From: Candidatus Avispirillum sp.
GTDB taxonomy: Bacteria; Bacillota; Clostridia; Oscillospirales; CAG-272
DNA length: 52,441 nt
Assembly: GCA_045650355.1 (NCBI GenBank)
Contig: JAZRRC010000106.1
Location: 1-52,441 of the forward strand
Reading direction: 5' to 3'
Both the position numbers and the translations under genes were made by a program. Under the pieces are notes generated by a model. That model saw only the letters and a list, made by a program, of their open reading frames with translations. It was not told the DNA's origin and did no database searches. Below, piece after piece: positions 8,715 through 16,004 of the stretch. The number at the start of each line of letters is the position of its first letter. Position 1 is the first letter of the stretch.

Positions 8715-8760
8715 TGCAAAACCTTTTTTGAAAAAAAGGTTCTGCACTCCAAAAAACTTT
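8715..8760 (+). repeat. 3'-UTR hairpin element, copy A (after cysS)
   Basis: TGCAAAACCTTTTTTGAAAAAAAGGTTCTGCACTCCAAAAAACTTT. Starts 13 nt after the cysS stop. Confidence 0.8.
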
Positions 8761-8768
8761 ATAAAAAA

Positions 8769-8800
8769 GGCTATGGGTTTTACCTATAGCCTTTTAGTTT
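8769..8800 (+). terminator. intrinsic terminator of cysS
   Basis: GGCTATGGGT / ACCTATAGCC stem (one G-U pair), 3-nt loop, then TTTTAGTTT. Confidence 0.7.
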
Positions 8801-8884
8801 GTTGTTTAAACAATAAATTCGGGTTTGTCGGGGAGTAATCAACCTGCTTTCTTTGAAAAGAAAGTAGCAAAGAAACTTCAAAAA

Positions 8885-8998
8885 GGCAAAAGCCAACACA
8901 AAGAAAAGACTGCAAAAATGAACGTGCTCATTTTTGCAGTCTTTTCTTTGTGTTGGAGGCGATATATCGCCTCGGTGCAAAGCACCGCTTCTTTTGCC
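8885..8998. other. nested four-way hairpin structure (complex bidirectional terminator or small structured RNA)
   Basis: The closing stem is GGCAAAAG (8885-8892) with CTTTTGCC (8991-8998). It encloses a perfect 29-bp hairpin (8893-8921 / 8928-8956, loop ACGTGC). It also encloses AGGCGATATATCGCCT (8957-8972) and CGGTGCAAAGCACCG (8973-8987). Confidence 0.7.
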
Positions 8999-9025
8999 TT
9001 ATATAATTCAGCTATATCAATTTTT

Positions 9026-9060
9026 AAAGTTTTTTGCGGAGCTTTTTTTCAAAAAAGCGA
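9026..9060 (-). repeat. 3'-UTR hairpin element, copy B (shorter; after the 9072-9899 gene)
   Basis: The minus strand reads TCGCTTTTTTGAAAAAAAGCTCCGCAAAAAACTTT. Starts 12 nt after that gene's stop. Confidence 0.7.
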
Positions 9061-9071
9061 CCGTATCCTCT

Positions 9072-9899
9072 CTACTCCTTCAACGTCGGGATGAATTTTT
9101 TGGCGAATCTGCCTTTGCCTCGGGTTTTGATATAGAAATAGCCGATGACTGAGAAAACGAATGCGCCGATAAGATTTACAAAGAGGTCCTTCATTGTATC
9201 TATGATTCCGATATCAAGATATCCGTTGATTCCGTAATCGCTGAGGCGGATGACCTCTCCGCTTTTCGTTATAAGCTCTACAGAGGCAATATCTGCAACG
9301 GTTATTACCTCATTGCTTTTTGAGGGATCGAGGCTTACAGAGGCTATAGTGCTTATTATAGTATCCTTTTGCATATCAAGTCCGAAAAAGAAATCCATGG
9401 AAAACTCGAAAAGCTCCCATACGGCTCCCACTGTCATTGAAAAGCAGAATGCCACCACTGCCATATAGATAGGAGATATCCGGAACTTGAAGCGATCGTT
9501 TCTGTTGAGAATATCAAGAAGAGCAAATCCGATTGCGGCGGCAAGAAATCCCGTTACCGTATGGAGCATGGAATCCCAGAAAACCACCTTCATATAAAAT
9601 CCTGATATCTCTCCCAGAATCTCTGCGGCAAAAATGAAAAGAAGAACTATTATCTCAAGAGTTTCGGGAAGCTCGATGCCGAAGTTTTTCTGAACAAATG
9701 CGGGGAGCAAAAATAAGATCAGGGAAAGAATACACAAAAAGCAATTCTGATAGTTTCCCCCGATAAAGGAAATTACTCCCACAGCAATGACCAACGCTCT
9801 TAAGACAAGATAAACGGCAAAGGTGCCCTTATGCTGTCTTATCTCTTCACGGTACCGCTTTGCAACCAATTTCAATTTATGTTTATTTTTGTTCATCAT
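9072..9899 (-). CDS. multi-pass membrane protein, unknown function
   Basis: 275 aa with about six hydrophobic helices; GGGGAAAG Shine-Dalgarno upstream. No family confidently recognised. Confidence 0.7.
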   Translation of the reverse strand: MMNKNKHKLKLVAKRYREEIRQHKGTFAVYLVLRALVIAVGVISFIGGNYQNCFLCILSLILFLLPAFVQKNFGIELPETLEIIVLLFIFAAEILGEISGFYMKVVFWDSMLHTVTGFLAAAIGFALLDILNRNDRFKFRISPIYMAVVAFCFSMTVGAVWELFEFSMDFFFGLDMQKDTIISTIASVSLDPSKSNEVITVADIASVELITKSGEVIRLSDYGINGYLDIGIIDTMKDLFVNLIGAFVFSVIGYFYIKTRGKGRFAKKFIPTLKE

Positions 9900-9924
9900 A
9901 ATTTAATCTTTCCCCAAAAAATCG

Positions 9925-9956
9925 GAAAACCTGCCTTTCGGCAGGTTTTCTTTTTA
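9925..9956 (-). terminator. intrinsic terminator after Na/Pi transporter A (bidirectional shape)
   Basis: GAAAACCTGCC / GGCAGGTTTTC stem, loop TTTC, T-run on both strands. Confidence 0.7.
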
Positions 9957-9966
9957 TTAATTTTTG

Positions 9967-12111
9967 TTATTTGGATTCTGCGATGGAATACTTCATTGAG
10001 TAGTAATCAAAGTAATGGTTGAACTCTTCCTCAGTTCCAGCCTTTACGTTTCTGAGATACTCATGAATATCAAATTCGTCGTGCGCGATCTCAAGCATAC
10101 ATGCAGCAATGTTGGAGCAGTGGTCGGATACTCTCTCGAAGTCTGTGAGGATATCTGTGAGAACGAAGCCAAGCTCGATTGTGCACTCGCCCTTGCGGAG
10201 ACGCTTAACGTGACGCTTACGGAGAAGCTCCTTAAGATGGTCAACAACCTGCTCAAGAGGCTCTACGATGATAGCCTTATCAAGGTTATCGGATCTAAAG
10301 CTTTCGAGAGTAAGATCAAGGATCTCTGTAATAGCTGCTGTGAGTGTTTCAAGCTCGCGCTTTGCTTCTGCGGAGAACTCAAGCTTCTTTTCAAAGATCT
10401 CTTCTGCGCTGGCTGCAAGGTTAAGAGCATGGTCGGAGATACGCTCGAAGTCGCTGATTACGTGGAGAAGCTTATTAGCCTCAAGGCTGTCCTCCTCGTT
10501 CATATCCTGGCTTGTCAGCTTTACAAGATAAGAGCCAAGCTTGTCCTCGAACATATCAACACGGTTTTCATCCTCGCGGATTCTGTCGAACACCTTTTCA
10601 TCATACTTTGCGAGAAGACTGATCGCATCGTGGAGAGACTTTACGGAGATCTCTGCCATTGTGATTGTAACTTCCTTGCAGCGTGCGATAGCTACGGGAG
10701 GAGTTACGAGAAGACGCTCGTCGAGAAGCTCTGTGCCGTCATTTTTCTTGTCATCCTTAACAATAACGTTGGCAAGCTTCTCAAGAAGACGGGAAGCAGG
10801 CATGAGAAGGATAAGAGCAAAGAGCTTGAATACTGTATGTACAGTTGCAATACCGAGAGGATTTGCAGCTGAATCAACAAAGGCAAAGCCTACGAAATAG
10901 TCAACAAGATACCAGATGGGGAGAAGAACAAGAGTTGCGATAACGTTGAAGGAAAGGTGGATGATCGCTGCTCTTCTTGCGTTCTTGGATGCACCTACAG
11001 AGGAGATCATAGCAGATACGCAAGTACCGATATTCTGACCCATGATAACGGGGATAGCTGTTGCATACATAACTGTTCCCGATGTTGTGAGCGCCTGGAG
11101 AATACCTACGGAAGCGGAAGAGGACTGAACGATCGCTGTAAGTATTGTACCAGCAAGAACACCGAGGATGGGGTTTGAGAAGACAGTGAGAACCTGAGTG
11201 AATTCAGGAACGTACTTAAGCACGGAAACCGCATCGGACATCATTTCCATACCGAACATAAGAGCGGCGAAGCCAAGGAAGATTACACCTGTATCCTTGT
11301 GCTTGGGCTTCTTCTGGAACATGAAGAGGTAGATACCGATAACAGCAAGAACGGGAACGAAGGAAGAGGGCTTGCAAAGCTGGATCCAGAAATTGGAGCT
11401 CTCAATACCTGTAAGAGAGAGAATCCATGCAGTGATGGAAGTACCGAGGTTTGCACCCATGATAACGCCGGTTGCCTGACGGAGTGTCATGATACCGGAG
11501 TTTACAAAGCCAACTACCATTACGGTAGTTGCGGAAGATGACTGGATTACAAGAGTTACGATAAGACCGAGAAGGAATCCCTTGAAGGTGTTGGACGTAA
11601 GGCTCTCGAGAAGCATTTTCAGCTTGTTACCGGCTCTCTTTTCAAGAGCATTGCCCATTACGGTCATACCGTAAAGGAACAGAGCAAGACCGCCAAGAAG
11701 CGCCAATACATTGAAAAGGTCAAAGCTAAGCTTTTTCATCTCAATGGCAAAGCCTGCAGCATCTTCTTTGATCTCAAATTCAGTAGTTTTACATTCGTAT
11801 CCGTCGGGATAAGAAGCAACAACTATAGAATCGCCTTTATTTACGTCGGCATCAAAAACGGCAACACCGTTTTCATCTGTTGTCTCAGAAAGGAAAGCAC
11901 CGGATTCAGCACTCAAATGAAGCTCAACGTCAGCAATAGGGCTACCGTTTTTATCGGTTACCACAACTTCAAATACGCTGTCATCTGTTGAACGAAGAAC
12001 AGCCGCTCCTCTGTCATCGGACACCTCAATAGTCTCGTTTGCGCAAGAGCAGAGACCGAAAAGGGTGCATATGACGAGCAGCACAGAGAAAAGAACTTTC
12101 AGCTTTCTCAT
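9967..12111 (-). CDS. Na/Pi cotransporter family protein fused to PhoU-like repeats, with an extra N-terminal secreted beta-domain
   Basis: Duplicated QSSSATTVMVVGF and QSSSASVGILQAL. C-terminal PhoU-type FERISDHALN and FERVSDHCSN. The N-terminal 130 aa are a signal peptide (LFGLCSC) plus a VVVTDKNGSPI...TDENGVAVFD domain. Confidence 0.85.
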   Translation of the reverse strand: MRKLKVLFSVLLVICTLFGLCSCANETIEVSDDRGAAVLRSTDDSVFEVVVTDKNGSPIADVELHLSAESGAFLSETTDENGVAVFDADVNKGDSIVVASYPDGYECKTTEFEIKEDAAGFAIEMKKLSFDLFNVLALLGGLALFLYGMTVMGNALEKRAGNKLKMLLESLTSNTFKGFLLGLIVTLVIQSSSATTVMVVGFVNSGIMTLRQATGVIMGANLGTSITAWILSLTGIESSNFWIQLCKPSSFVPVLAVIGIYLFMFQKKPKHKDTGVIFLGFAALMFGMEMMSDAVSVLKYVPEFTQVLTVFSNPILGVLAGTILTAIVQSSSASVGILQALTTSGTVMYATAIPVIMGQNIGTCVSAMISSVGASKNARRAAIIHLSFNVIATLVLLPIWYLVDYFVGFAFVDSAANPLGIATVHTVFKLFALILLMPASRLLEKLANVIVKDDKKNDGTELLDERLLVTPPVAIARCKEVTITMAEISVKSLHDAISLLAKYDEKVFDRIREDENRVDMFEDKLGSYLVKLTSQDMNEEDSLEANKLLHVISDFERISDHALNLAASAEEIFEKKLEFSAEAKRELETLTAAITEILDLTLESFRSDNLDKAIIVEPLEQVVDHLKELLRKRHVKRLRKGECTIELGFVLTDILTDFERVSDHCSNIAACMLEIAHDEFDIHEYLRNVKAGTEEEFNHYFDYYSMKYSIAESK

Positions 12112-12173
12112 AAATTCACCATACTTTCATAAAATTCGTTTGAAAGATGCCCATAATACGGGACTTTATCATC

Positions 12174-12202
12174 ATTATACCTACTATTAACCTGGATTTC
12201 AA
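12174..12202 (-). promoter_or_regulatory. sigma-A-type promoter of Na/Pi transporter A
   Basis: Minus strand TTGAAA (12202-12197), 17 bp, TATAAT (12179-12174). Confidence 0.5.
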
Positions 12203-12261
12203 GAGAATTTTACATTTTGTCCCTTCATTTTTGTTTCTACATATCTTAATAATGTCGTTAC

Positions 12262-12300
12262 AGAAAAAAGGTACTGCTGCAAGCTGCAGCAGTACCTTTT
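12262..12300 (-). terminator. intrinsic terminator of the HEPN-like/CBS gene
   Basis: 14-bp perfect stem AAGGTACTGCTGCA / TGCAGCAGTACCTT with a 3-nt loop. The flanking A-run gives a U-run on the minus strand. Confidence 0.8.
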
Positions 12301-12351
12301 CAAACCGCTTCAATAAACTAAAAAGGAATAGGCATATTTTATATAAGGTTA

Positions 12352-13056
12352 TCAAAGTATCGTTGAGCCTTCTGCCTTGAAAATATCCCAGGGAGTTATC
12401 ATTCCGTAAAGAGGAGAGCTTTGTCTGCCGTCTTCGGTAACGAATACTGCCACAACGCGTCGATGATTAGGTCCGGGGGCTCTGAAGAGCTCCTTTATCT
12501 TATACAGCGTAGCATCACGGCTGACAAAGGCGAATTTTTCAGTCGTATGCTTTTCGGGGGGCAGATATTCCGACATATCTCTGAGGGTCAGGTCCTTAAT
12601 CGAGCCTGAGGGATTATTTTTAGCAAAGGAGAAAAGTGTGCCTACACTGAATACGCCGTATATACCGCCCTTTTTGGTCAGCACCGGAATATGGGAATAT
12701 CCTCTTTGCTCCATTATGCTTACTGTCTTGGATACACCGTCTGAAAGGCGGGCACAGCAAAGGCTTTCTTTAGGTGTGGCAAGAGAAAGCGCCATGGGGG
12801 GATGTTTCGCATATTCAAGAATCTCAAGAAGTTTGTTCAGTGCTTGCTCCGAAGGCAGCACTACAGGAGAGCCGTCTATCCTTCCGTGATGGGAGAGAAG
12901 ATTTCTCATCTCACGAAACAGATTCAGCTCTTCGAAATATTTAGCGCCTTCGCCTGAGGCATAAAGCTGCACCGTTCCCAGCTTTTGTCCGTATTTGACG
13001 GAGAGCACCTCTTCAAGGTCTCTGTATGCATTAAGAAAAGATTCGCAAATATCCAT
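12352..13056 (-). CDS. CBS-pair protein with N-terminal HEPN-like (RNxxxH) helical domain
   Basis: Two CBS motifs (YSHIPVLTKKGGIYGVFSVGTL and VVAVFVTEDGRQSSPLYGMITPWDIF). The N-terminal 85 aa are helical and contain R51-N-L-L-S-H56 (nt 12889-12906). Confidence 0.75.
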   Translation of the reverse strand: MDICESFLNAYRDLEEVLSVKYGQKLGTVQLYASGEGAKYFEELNLFREMRNLLSHHGRIDGSPVVLPSEQALNKLLEILEYAKHPPMALSLATPKESLCCARLSDGVSKTVSIMEQRGYSHIPVLTKKGGIYGVFSVGTLFSFAKNNPSGSIKDLTLRDMSEYLPPEKHTTEKFAFVSRDATLYKIKELFRAPGPNHRRVVAVFVTEDGRQSSPLYGMITPWDIFKAEGSTIL

Positions 13057-13316
13057 TTCCCATGTATCCTTTCGTTATTTTATTTTTGGAGAAAAATAAA
13101 ATTAAAACAGCATTATTAAAACTGACTGTGACAAAATTCTTTTTTAAAATCGTTTTTTGTCACGTCTTAAGGTCGCATTACTCACCGTAACTGCACATTT
13201 TTGTCATTTTTCGCCTTTCGGATCAAATAATCCGATTTTCTGCCGATGAAAAATTAATCCTCGCACACCAATTTAAGAATATAATTCAAGAACCTGAACA
13301 GTGGAGGAAAAATAAC

Positions 13317-13640
13317 TTGAAAAGGCTTTTTATCAAAAGCAAGGAATCTAATCCTGCACGAATATCCGTAAGGTGCTACGGCAAAGATATAATCCTCATA
13401 TATCGGCTGACTTTTGTGAATGCAGCCGATGATGAGAAAAATATCGGTGACGGCAAGGTGTTCTCACTCACCGTTACAAAGATCTGCTGCGGCGGGGAGA
13501 GGCGCGAGGTGACTCATCTTCATGATATTTCAAGAAGAGCAGATGATGCTCTTCGAATATTTGAGTTGGTCAGCCGAGGGCTTGTAACTCCCTGCTCTGC
13601 TGCAGAAATCGTTGCGGATATTATAGGTATCTACCTTTAA
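13317..13640 (+). CDS. small hypothetical protein (TTG start)
   Basis: 107 aa; GGAGG Shine-Dalgarno 9 nt before the TTG; followed at once by a terminator hairpin. From memory it resembles a small clostridial DUF family with a C-terminal DIS...VTP...(I/V)xD segment (unverified). Confidence 0.45.
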   Translation: MKRLFIKSKESNPARISVRCYGKDIILIYRLTFVNAADDEKNIGDGKVFSLTVTKICCGGERREVTHLHDISRRADDALRIFELVSRGLVTPCSAAEIVADIIGIYL

Positions 13641-13663
13641 AGCACCCCTTGCGGGTGCTTTTT
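13641..13663. terminator. bidirectional terminator between the small ORF and the GH31 gene
   Basis: AGCACCC / GGGTGCT stem, loop CTTGC, T-run 13659-13663. Confidence 0.65.
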
Positions 13664-15896
13664 ATTTAAGAATGAAGGTGATGGGAGAATCTGCATATAC
13701 CTCGTCTGCACAGATAACGAGCGACTTTGTTTCGGGACAATACTTAATTTCTGCATTTGCCGAAATCAAACTCAGCTCCGGAACGTTGTGAAGCGTGATC
13801 TTAAGCTGTCTCTTTTTAACCGCATTTTCATAATTCCCTTGCGGCATAAGGCTTATGCAGTATTCTCCATTTTCTGAAGAAAATGCCATCTTTGTTGTTC
13901 TGCAATTGCCAAATTTATACTGCTCGCTTTCTCCGTCATCCTCATACAGAGTGGTGCTGCCACCGTTTTCTGCATCTGCATAAATTGTAATGTTCAGCTC
14001 TGTATAATCCTCTGAGGTCATTCTGTCACGATAAGGCTGAGTGATAAACGGCACTCCTGCACGCACAAAAAGCGGGAATGAGAAAAGATCGCTTTCTACA
14101 GTCACAGGTCCGCCCATATATCTCTTGCCGGAGAAGAGATCATACCATGCTCCCTCGGGAAGCCAGAGGCTTGTGGTGGCAATGCCCTGCTCTCCCATAG
14201 GCGTGCAAACGGGAGAAACCACAAGATCGGATCCTAAAAGATAGGTTGTGGGATAACGGTATGCCTCCGCCTCTTCGGGACATTCATAGTACAGAGGACG
14301 GATAAACGGGAGAGCGTTTTTATAGCTTTCATATGCTGCCGAATAAACGTAGGGCATAAGGCGGGAGCGCAGATGGAAGGCTTCTCTCATTGCTGAGCAA
14401 TAAGGCTCACCCCACGTCCACGGTCTGCGGTCAAAGCCCTCAACACCGTTCATATGAAGTCGGAGCGCTGCAGACAGTGCGCCAAACTGAACCCATCTGA
14501 CGTAGTTTTCTGCCTGACCGCCTTCAACGGGGTCAACAAATCCGCCTATATCATGGCTCCACCAAAAGCATCCTGCATTGGCAGCGGTGGCGGTCATTTT
14601 AACTTCAAAGGCAAGAGTCTCCCATCCGCTGACAGAGTCTCCTGAAAAATAAGCGGGGTGCTTATGGTCACCGATACCGCCCCAGCGTGAAAATGAAGCG
14701 CCACGCTTTCCGCCCTTTTTTGAATGCTCGTAATAGAGATGATTCAGCCAGGGAAGATGGGGGAGCGAATTGATCTTATTTACTGAAGGATATATATAAT
14801 CCTGCTGCCAGTCAAGCCACCAGAATTCCACGCCGTCTCTTTCTATTCTTGAAAGTGCATTGTTGAAAAAGGCATCCATATAGACCTTGCTTCCTGCATT
14901 GAAGCGGAAGTTTTTAACGTCTCGGCAAAGATTTGCCTTTTCTCTTTCGGATATCTTTTCGGGAATATCGGGGACCTCTTCAGTATATCCATTAGCCGTA
15001 AGCTCATCTATGAATTCAGTAAAGCCCTCATCGTGGTCACGAAGACCGTCTGCGGGATGATCGTTCAAGACTGCCTTGACCTTTTTTTCTGAAAACTTTT
15101 TGAGAAGGTCTGCAGGGTCGGGGATAACTGTGCGATTCCACGTATATCCCGTCCAGCCAAGGTTTCCGCCTGCGTGGCCGTAGCCGTAGAGAGCATAAGG
15201 CTCGCCCTCATTGTGTCCCCAATCCTGGTAATGCCAGTCCATATCCATAACCATTATATCAATGGGGAAATTATGCTCGGCATATTCATCAATTATTGCG
15301 AGAAATTCCTCGGAGGTATATTTCCACCAGCGGGAATACCAGGAGCCGAAAAAGCATTTTCTGGGAAGCTCGAAATCTCCTGCCGCCTTTGCAAGGTCCT
15401 TTATTGCTGCTTTATAATCATGGCCGTATGCAAAAAGATAGAGGTCTGTCTTATGGTCGGGGTCTCTGTTTTCTATCCATCCGTTGCGGATTACAGGCTT
15501 ATTTGAATCATCTATAACATAGTATCCGTCTCGGGAAATTATTCCGTCAGGCAAGGGTCTGTCACCGTCAACGCCATCCAGAGTAACAAGAGTGCCGCCG
15601 AGATTATTCTTCAGCTCGTCACCGTAATGCCATACCGCAAGGACGTTTGCAATATGGATTTGGCAGAAAAGATTTTCAGAGGAAAAAGCCTCTTTACCCT
15701 TATAGGTAAGAGTGAATTTCTCAGTTCTTATAACAAGCGTGTCATCGGTGTCTGTAATATCGGCATGGGCTGTGCTTTCTCTTGTGGCAAAAAGAGTGGG
15801 CTCAGAGAGAAAAGCACCGTTATTTGCGTATTCCATACGAATACAACCATCGGTTATAACTGTGAATCGGGCACATCCTTTAATATAAGCATCCAT
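13662..15896 (-). CDS. glycoside hydrolase family 31
   Basis: GVEFWWLDWQQD and WSHDIGGF motifs. Start placed at MDAYIKG (15896) because of a GAAGGGAG Shine-Dalgarno; the ORF-track start at 15962 has none. Confidence 0.85.
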   Translation of the reverse strand: MDAYIKGCARFTVITDGCIRMEYANNGAFLSEPTLFATRESTAHADITDTDDTLVIRTEKFTLTYKGKEAFSSENLFCQIHIANVLAVWHYGDELKNNLGGTLVTLDGVDGDRPLPDGIISRDGYYVIDDSNKPVIRNGWIENRDPDHKTDLYLFAYGHDYKAAIKDLAKAAGDFELPRKCFFGSWYSRWWKYTSEEFLAIIDEYAEHNFPIDIMVMDMDWHYQDWGHNEGEPYALYGYGHAGGNLGWTGYTWNRTVIPDPADLLKKFSEKKVKAVLNDHPADGLRDHDEGFTEFIDELTANGYTEEVPDIPEKISEREKANLCRDVKNFRFNAGSKVYMDAFFNNALSRIERDGVEFWWLDWQQDYIYPSVNKINSLPHLPWLNHLYYEHSKKGGKRGASFSRWGGIGDHKHPAYFSGDSVSGWETLAFEVKMTATAANAGCFWWSHDIGGFVDPVEGGQAENYVRWVQFGALSAALRLHMNGVEGFDRRPWTWGEPYCSAMREAFHLRSRLMPYVYSAAYESYKNALPFIRPLYYECPEEAEAYRYPTTYLLGSDLVVSPVCTPMGEQGIATTSLWLPEGAWYDLFSGKRYMGGPVTVESDLFSFPLFVRAGVPFITQPYRDRMTSEDYTELNITIYADAENGGSTTLYEDDGESEQYKFGNCRTTKMAFSSENGEYCISLMPQGNYENAVKKRQLKITLHNVPELSLISANAEIKYCPETKSLVICADEVYADSPITFILK

Positions 15897-15966
15897 ACAA
15901 CTGCTCCCTTCAATTACTGATTTTACATTAACACATCTGCGAAAAAAAGTCAACGAAATCAAAAGG

Positions 15967-15995
15967 AAAAACCACCGAGGTCATCGGTGGTTTTT
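15967..15995 (-). terminator. intrinsic terminator after the histidine kinase gene
   Basis: CCACCGA / TCGGTGG stem flanked by an A-run and a T-run. Confidence 0.65.
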
Positions 15996-16004
15996 AACAT
16001 ATTA

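Noticed and set aside
8825-9094. An 89-aa ORF and neighbouring small ORFs (8780-8980, 8934-9152) in the cysS-downstream spacer.
   Set aside because: They run straight through the palindromes and hairpins, have no Shine-Dalgarno, and give low-complexity translations. The region is better explained as structured non-coding DNA.
12116-12380. Two small ORFs (79 and 77 aa) between Na/Pi transporter A and the CBS gene.
   Set aside because: They overlap a consensus promoter and a 14-bp-stem terminator. They have no Shine-Dalgarno, and their Ile/Leu/Lys-rich translations are typical of AT-rich spacers.
15897-15962. N-terminal extensions offered by the ORF track: GH31 to 15962, rsgA to 21378, dockerin protein to 27046, dus from 31555, nucleoside hydrolase from 36251, M42 paralogs from 48144 and 49234, and the 50433 gene to 52241.
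   Set aside because: In each case an internal ATG has a proper Shine-Dalgarno and gives the canonical family N-terminus. The extensions cross promoters, terminators or the preceding gene.
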